Shown piece by piece: positions 20,317 through 25,823 of a DNA stretch of 25,823 nucleotides. This stretch comes from an uncultured Saprospiraceae bacterium (lineage in GTDB: Bacteria > Bacteroidota > Bacteroidia > Chitinophagales > Saprospiraceae): positions 1 to 25,823 of the forward strand of contig CAZOHX010000001.1 of the NCBI GenBank assembly GCA_964579315.1. The letters are read 5' to 3'. The notes beneath the pieces were generated by a model. That model saw only the letters and a list, made by a program, of their open reading frames with translations, searched no databases and was not told the DNA's origin. Within the stretch, counting starts at the first letter, position 1. Each line of letters starts with the position of its first letter. The position numbers were made by a program, and so were the translations under genes.

Positions 20317-20631
20317 ATGGCAAAACGTGTTAATCCTTTCAAACCATTTTTGGATAAAATTCCTGCTCCTTTTAAAAACAAGTTCTTTGTGACCTTGATT
20401 TTATTTGTAGCTTGGATGATTTTCTTCGATTCTCATAATATTACCACTCAATATAAATTGACTCAAAGTCTGAGGGGGATGAAATCTGAAAAAAATAATT
20501 ATGTAGAGTTGATTAAAAATGTGAAAATGGATAGAATCGACTTGGAGAAGAACAAAGAAAAATATGCTAGAGAACATTATTATATGCAAAAAAAAGATGA
20601 AGATGTTTTCATCATTAAAAAAGTAAAATAA
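20317..20631 (+). CDS. ftsB: Septum formation initiator family protein (FtsB/DivIC-like)
   Basis: 104 aa with one N-terminal TM helix (FFVTLILFVAWMIFFD), a coiled-coil, and a C-terminal EKYAREHYYMQKKDEDVF motif. Lies directly after eno, a common synteny. Confidence 0.8.
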   Translation: MAKRVNPFKPFLDKIPAPFKNKFFVTLILFVAWMIFFDSHNITTQYKLTQSLRGMKSEKNNYVELIKNVKMDRIDLEKNKEKYAREHYYMQKKDEDVFIIKKVK

Positions 20632-20638
20632 TTTATAA

Positions 20639-21523
20639 ATGTCAGTATTAGTAAATAAAAATTCTAATATCATTGTTCAAGGATTTACTGGAAAAGAAGG
20701 TAGTTTCCATGCTGGACAAATGATTGATTACGGTACAAATGTGGTAGGAGGTGTGACACCGGGTAAAGGTGGTCAAACTCATTTGGGAAAACCCGTCTTT
20801 AATACAGTAGAAGAAGCAGTATTGAAGGTGAAAGCAAATGTTTCTCTTATTTTTGTGCCTCCTAGATTCGCCGCAGATGCTATTATGGAAGCTGCTGATG
20901 CAGGAATCGAAGTGATTATTTGTATTACAGAAGGTATTCCTGTTCAAGATATGGTGAAAGTGAAGGCTTATATCTCTGATAAACCATGTCGCTTGGTAGG
21001 TCCTAATTGCCCAGGGGTCATTACTCCAGGAGAAGCCAAAGTGGGTATTATGCCAGGTTTTATTCACAATCCAGGAAAAATCGGTATTGTTTCTCGATCA
21101 GGTACGCTGACTTATGAAGCGGTAGATCAAGTGACGAAAGCTGGTATGGGACAATCCACTTGTATCGGAATTGGAGGTGACCCTATTATTGGTACAACCA
21201 CTAAGGATGCGGTAGAGCTTTTAATGAATGATCCTGATACGATTGGGATTGTGATGATTGGTGAAATTGGTGGAAATATGGAAGCTGATGCCGCAAAATA
21301 TGTACAAGAGTTTGGCACAAAACCTGTAGTTGGCTTTATTGCTGGTAAAACTGCTCCTGCTGGTCGTACAATGGGACACGCTGGTGCAATTATTGGTGGA
21401 GAAAATGATACGGCTGCTGCTAAAATGAAAATTTTAGCCGCTTGTGGTGTAACTGTGGTAGAGTCTCCAGCTCATATCGGCTCTACTATGAGAAGAGTTT
21501 TAGAAGAAAAAGGATTAATTTAA
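20639..21523 (+). CDS. sucD: Succinate--CoA ligase alpha subunit
   Basis: [45 protein letters not shown] (phospho-His). Confidence 0.99.
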   Translation: MSVLVNKNSNIIVQGFTGKEGSFHAGQMIDYGTNVVGGVTPGKGGQTHLGKPVFNTVEEAVLKVKANVSLIFVPPRFAADAIMEAADAGIEVIICITEGIPVQDMVKVKAYISDKPCRLVGPNCPGVITPGEAKVGIMPGFIHNPGKIGIVSRSGTLTYEAVDQVTKAGMGQSTCIGIGGDPIIGTTTKDAVELLMNDPDTIGIVMIGEIGGNMEADAAKYVQEFGTKPVVGFIAGKTAPAGRTMGHAGAIIGGENDTAAAKMKILAACGVTVVESPAHIGSTMRRVLEEKGLI

Positions 21524-21545
21524 AATTATCTTTTGTTGAAATATT

Positions 21546-21589
21546 AAAAGTTGAAAGTGTCATCGATGCTTTCAACTTTTTTTGTTTTT
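21546..21589 (+). terminator. Rho-independent terminator after sucD
   Basis: AAAAGTTGAAAGTGTC-ATC-GATGCTTTCAACTTTT: 16 bp with two G.T pairs, followed by TTTGTTTTT. Confidence 0.9.
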
Positions 21590-21612
21590 ACAACATTCTA
21601 CCTATAGAATCG

Positions 21613-21643
21613 TTAGTTTTAGAAGCCTAGTTTTTTATCTTTA
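21613..21643 (+). promoter_or_regulatory. Possible variant promoter for the lipoprotein gene and priA
   Basis: TATCTTTA (21636-21643; one mismatch to TAnnTTTG) with TTAG 19 nt upstream; located just after the sucD terminator. Confidence 0.35.
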
Positions 21644-21671
21644 CCAAATCTTTATCATTATTATTTTAAAA

Positions 21672-23165
21672 ATGAAATACACCCTACATCTTGCCTTATT
21701 ACTTCTTGGTTTATTAATTTTTTCATTTTCCTGTAAAAGAAAAGAAATATTTACTACCGATACAAATGATAAATTAGAATTTTCATTAGATACTTTGACT
21801 TTCGATACTGTTTTTACAACAGTAGGTTCTGCAACACGTACTTTGAAAATTTTTAATCATCATAATAAATCTATTCGTATTGATAAAATCTCCATAGAAA
21901 ATGGAAGTGATAGTAAATTTCGTATAAATGTGGATGGTATTCCTGGAAGTGTGGCAAAGGATATTGAAATAGCTCCTGAAGATAGTATTTATATTTTTAG
22001 TGAAGTTACCGTAGATCCTGATCAAGATATTTCTGAAAGCCCTTTTGTTATCAATGATGCTTTAGTTTTTGAAACCAATGGAAATATTCAAAAAGTGGTA
22101 TTGGAAGCTTGGGGTCAAAATGCAAATTATATTCCCAATCGATATTACAATGGCAAAGTCGCTTATCTTTCTTGTGATTTTGGAGAGGAAGTATGGGATG
22201 ACCCCAAACCCTATGTAATTTATGGTGTATTAGTGGTGGATAGTTGTGATTTGGTTTTGCCACCTGGCATGAGATTGTATATGCATGGGGGCATTGCCAA
22301 AGGTGAAAATAGTGAAGGGGAAAACTTTTATTATAATGATGGATTAATTTACTTTTTGAAAGATGGTCACTTAAAATCTCAAGGGACATTGGATAATCCT
22401 GTGGTTATTCGTACAGACCGTTTAGAACATAATTTTGATGATGTACCTGGACAATGGGCTGGTATTCGTTTTAATAAAGGATCAAAAGGTAATGAAATTG
22501 ATTATACTGAAATTCTTAATCCTATTGTTGGTGTTTCTGTAGATTCTACAGCATCTCTTAATATCAAAAACAGTAAAATAGGCTTTGCATCGGGAGCAGG
22601 ATTGCTTGGTGTACATGCTAAAATAGATGCTACAAACTGTCTGATCTATCGTACCAATGGAAACAATGTCCAGCTTGAATTTGGAGGGGATTATAATTTT
22701 GATTATTGTACTTTTGCAAGTTATGGGGTAGATAAAACATCTATTCGTATGACCAATTTGTTTTGCTACGATCAATTTTGTAATGAAATAGCTGTTTATC
22801 CATTAAAAGCTAGATTTAGAAATAGTATCGTCTTTGGATCTCGTGAAGATGAAATTGATATTGTCAATGCTGCAGATGACGATCATCCAAATTATTTTGA
22901 TTATATGTTTGAAAATTGTATCTATCGGGTAAAAAAATTACCTACTGAAAAAGGATATGAAGATTTTTTTGAACATAGTATGGATTGTCAAAATGCCAAT
23001 ACTTTGGATCCATTATTCTATGATGTTGAAGAAAATGATTATCATTTGGATACATTGTCAATTGCTGAAGAAAAAGGAAAACCTATCGGAGTTGATGTCG
23101 ATTTGGATGGAAATTTGCGTGATCCTGTGCATCCAGATATGGGTTGTTTTGAATACAATAAGTAA
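21672..23165 (+). CDS. Uncharacterised ~497-aa lipoprotein (putative Ig-like N-terminal domain, beta-helix-like repeats, choice-of-anchor-Q-like C-terminus)
   Basis: ATG at 21672 gives signal peptide MKYTLHLALLLLGLLIFSFS-C21 (lipobox). Then LEFSLDTLTFDTVF, short beta-strand repeats (WAGIRF, IDYTEI, IKNSKI, ATNCLI, FDYCTF, FRNSIV), and terminal DLDGNLR...PDMGCFE. Domain names come from motif recall, not a search. Confidence 0.85.
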   Translation: MKYTLHLALLLLGLLIFSFSCKRKEIFTTDTNDKLEFSLDTLTFDTVFTTVGSATRTLKIFNHHNKSIRIDKISIENGSDSKFRINVDGIPGSVAKDIEIAPEDSIYIFSEVTVDPDQDISESPFVINDALVFETNGNIQKVVLEAWGQNANYIPNRYYNGKVAYLSCDFGEEVWDDPKPYVIYGVLVVDSCDLVLPPGMRLYMHGGIAKGENSEGENFYYNDGLIYFLKDGHLKSQGTLDNPVVIRTDRLEHNFDDVPGQWAGIRFNKGSKGNEIDYTEILNPIVGVSVDSTASLNIKNSKIGFASGAGLLGVHAKIDATNCLIYRTNGNNVQLEFGGDYNFDYCTFASYGVDKTSIRMTNLFCYDQFCNEIAVYPLKARFRNSIVFGSREDEIDIVNAADDDHPNYFDYMFENCIYRVKKLPTEKGYEDFFEHSMDCQNANTLDPLFYDVEENDYHLDTLSIAEEKGKPIGVDVDLDGNLRDPVHPDMGCFEYNK

Positions 23166-23217
23166 TTCAAAGGTTTTGACACTGTGTGAAACTTAAAAAA
23201 TAATACGAATCGAAAGA

Positions 23218-25692
23218 ATGGAAAGCTTACATGATATATACAATTCTGGAGTTTATGCGACCGTAATCTTGCCTGTTGCTACGCCAAAAATTTATACCTA
23301 TGTGGTGCCCAAAGATTTTGTGGATAAAATTCAATCGGGAATTCGTGTAGAAGTGCAATTTGGAAAAAATAAACTATATTCTGGTATAGTCTATGAAATT
23401 CATAAAAATAAGCCAGAAAGTTATCAACCAAAACCTATTCTGACATTAATAGATGAAAAACCCATTGTCAATGCTTATCAATTGAAATTGTGGAAATGGA
23501 TGGCAAGTTATTATCTAAGTCCGATGGGGTCGGTTATGAATGCTGCTCTGCCAGCAAATTTGAAATTAGCAAGTGAAACCAAAATCATGTTAAACCCATT
23601 ATTTAATGACGATTTTGCTGATTTCTCGGATAAAGAATATCTCATTGCGGAAGCTTTAACCATTCAAAATGAGATTGCTATTAGTGATATTCAGAAAATT
23701 TTAGATCAAAAAACGGTTTATCCCATTTTGTATAAACTTCTTGAAAAGGGGGTGATTTATATTAAAGAAGAAATAAAATCAAAATATAAACCCAAGATGA
23801 TTCCTTCTGTGAAATTGGCAGTTTACTATCAGGAAGATGATACTCGTTTAGCAGAAGCCTTTGATAAAATAAAACGTTCTCTGAAACAGACAGAAGCACT
23901 ATTGGCATTATTGCAACTTCAAAAATCACAGGAAAATATTTCTAAAAAACAGGTCTATGAAAAGGGAAATGCCAATGCTGCTGTATTAAAAGAGTTGCAA
24001 AAAAAGGAAATAATTGAATTTTATGAAAGACCCATTTCTCGTATCGTAAAGCATGATGATGAGCTTTTGACAGTGGGAGAATTGAGTGACTTTCAGAAAA
24101 ATGCCTTAGATGGAATCACAGAACTCTTTGAAACGAAGAATGTCGTTTTGTTACATGGTGTGACAGGAAGTGGGAAAACGAGAATCTACATCGAAATGAT
24201 GAAAGATATTATCGCAGATGGGGGACAAGTTTTATATCTATTGCCTGAAATTGCGTTGACTACTCAAATGATTTCTAGACTTAAAAAAGTATTCGGTGAT
24301 GAAATAGTCGTTTCTCATTCTAGATTGAATAATAATGAGCGTGTAGATATTTGGAAAGCAGTAGGGGCGGGGATGCCTGTAGTCTTAGGGGCTAGGTCAA
24401 GTGTGTTTTTGCCTTTCAAAAATTTAAAATTGGTCATTATTGATGAAGAACATGATGATTCATTTAAACAGTCCGCTCCAGCACCTAGATATAATGGTCG
24501 TGATGTTGGTATCTTTTTGGCTCATCTTTTTGGAGCTAAAACACTTCTAGGAACTGCTACTCCAGCCATTTCTACTTATTACAATGCTTTGAAAGGTAAA
24601 TTTGGTTTGGTCGAAATGACAGAGCGGTTTGGTGGAATTAGTATGCCAAAGATTGAAATTATTGATAAAAAGGATGCATTGAAAAAAAATCGTATGAAAT
24701 CGGTTTTTACAATAAAATTGATTGATGCTATAGAAGAAGCAATCAAAAAAAAGGAGCAAATTATTCTTTTTCAAAATAGACGGGGGTATTCTCCTGTGAT
24801 GCAATGTGAAGTCTGTGGATGGCATACGGAATGTAAGCATTGTGACGTAACAATGACTTATCATAAATATTTCAATAATTTACAATGTCATTATTGTGGG
24901 TCTCAACAATCCTTGCCTACTGTTTGTCCTGCTTGTGGTAGTTCCAAACTTTCATTGAAGGGACATGGTACGGAGAAAATCTTAGAAGAATTGGAAATTA
25001 TTTTTCCTGATGCGAAAATCAAAAGGATGGATTTGGATACGGTTCGTACAAAAAATGCCTTAAATGATTTAATTGCTGAATTTGAAAATAAAGATATTGA
25101 TATCTTGATTGGGACACAAATGGTCACCAAAGGCTTAGATTTTGAAAATGTAACCATAGTTGGAGTATTGAGTGCTGATCAATCATTGCATATGCCAGAT
25201 TATCGTGCCAATGAAAGGTCTTTTCAATTATTAACGCAAGTGAGTGGTCGTGCAGGACGAGCAAAGAAGGAAGGTATCGTAATGATTCAAGCTTTTGATA
25301 CAGCACATCCCGTTTTACATGATGTGGTAAAATATGATTATATCAATTATTTTAAAAGAGAATTGAGTGAGCGTCAACGATTTCGTTATCCACCTTATAG
25401 CAGATTGATAAAAATTACTTTAAAACATAAAGATCCGCGAAAAGTAAATGAAGCTGGAAAGATACTTGGGGCTAGATTGAAACGATATTTGGGAGATAGA
25501 GTTTTAGGTCCTGCCAAACCGTCTGTCGCTCGTGTCCGAAATCAATTTTTGATCGATTTTTTAATTAAAATAGAAATTAATAATAAAACAATTCAGCATG
25601 TCAAAAAGGTGATTTTAGAACAATCGGATCAGTTGACAGGAATGAAAGGGTTTTCTTCTGTAAGGGTTAATATTGATGTGGATGTGTATTGA
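23218..25692 (+). CDS. priA: Primosomal protein N' (replication restart helicase PriA)
   Basis: Walker A GVTGSGKT, LLPEIALT, DEEH, four CxxC pairs (CEVC, CKHC, CHYC, CPAC), GTQMVTKGLDF, QVSGRAGR. Confidence 0.99.
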   Translation: MESLHDIYNSGVYATVILPVATPKIYTYVVPKDFVDKIQSGIRVEVQFGKNKLYSGIVYEIHKNKPESYQPKPILTLIDEKPIVNAYQLKLWKWMASYYLSPMGSVMNAALPANLKLASETKIMLNPLFNDDFADFSDKEYLIAEALTIQNEIAISDIQKILDQKTVYPILYKLLEKGVIYIKEEIKSKYKPKMIPSVKLAVYYQEDDTRLAEAFDKIKRSLKQTEALLALLQLQKSQENISKKQVYEKGNANAAVLKELQKKEIIEFYERPISRIVKHDDELLTVGELSDFQKNALDGITELFETKNVVLLHGVTGSGKTRIYIEMMKDIIADGGQVLYLLPEIALTTQMISRLKKVFGDEIVVSHSRLNNNERVDIWKAVGAGMPVVLGARSSVFLPFKNLKLVIIDEEHDDSFKQSAPAPRYNGRDVGIFLAHLFGAKTLLGTATPAISTYYNALKGKFGLVEMTERFGGISMPKIEIIDKKDALKKNRMKSVFTIKLIDAIEEAIKKKEQIILFQNRRGYSPVMQCEVCGWHTECKHCDVTMTYHKYFNNLQCHYCGSQQSLPTVCPACGSSKLSLKGHGTEKILEELEIIFPDAKIKRMDLDTVRTKNALNDLIAEFENKDIDILIGTQMVTKGLDFENVTIVGVLSADQSLHMPDYRANERSFQLLTQVSGRAGRAKKEGIVMIQAFDTAHPVLHDVVKYDYINYFKRELSERQRFRYPPYSRLIKITLKHKDPRKVNEAGKILGARLKRYLGDRVLGPAKPSVARVRNQFLIDFLIKIEINNKTIQHVKKVILEQSDQLTGMKGFSSVRVNIDVDVY

Positions 25693-25721
25693 TGATCATC
25701 CATAAAACCAGTTGCATTTAT

Positions 25722-25759
25722 CAAAAAAAACTACTTTCCAATTGCTGAAAAGTAGTTTT
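25722..25759. terminator. Probable bidirectional terminator after priA
   Basis: AAAACTACTTT (25727-25737) / AAAGTAGTTTT (25749-25759), an 11-bp inverted repeat. An A9 run on the left gives a strong U-tail on the minus strand; T4 on the right gives a weaker one on the plus strand. Confidence 0.7.
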
Positions 25760-25823
25760 AAATTTCAAATTTCTTCTTAAAATGAATATTTGATAAGGTT
25801 TAGCCCTTATTTGAAGTTAACAT

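Noticed and set aside
25793-25823. Possible 3' end of a convergent minus-strand gene (...VNFK-TAA, stop at 25807-25809) with a small ATAAGG/CCTTAT hairpin
   Set aside because: Only four full codons are inside the window. The bidirectional terminator hints at a convergent gene, but no CDS can be supported.

Overview
This AT-rich window (roughly one-third G+C by eye) comes from a Bacteroidota chromosome, and every real gene lies on the + strand. It holds the 3' part of fusA, then the S10-spc-alpha ribosomal superoperon (rpsJ to rplQ, with secY, map, infA and rpoA), then carA, eno, an ftsB/divIC-like gene, sucD, an uncharacterised ~497-aa lipoprotein and priA. The phylum call rests on fusA-rpsJ adjacency without tuf, TTTG-N20-TAnnTTTG promoters, SD-less A-rich start regions, and Zn-free S14 and L36. 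A Saprospiraceae/Chitinophagales-like affiliation is only a guess from protein style. No mobile element, CRISPR array, rRNA or tRNA is visible, and I do not see a new multi-gene system: this is core housekeeping DNA. Four things are worth checking. (1) rplO (L15) is broken by an in-frame TAG plus a frameshift about 90 bp later; an assembly error is the most likely cause. (2) A shared bulged-helix RNA motif (AG-T-TAC/GTG-CT) sits directly after fusA and after rpoA. (3) Two internal promoters, before rplC and rplP, are followed at identical spacing by a GCTTTT/AAAAG palindrome. (4) The carA promoter is built into the rplQ terminator.
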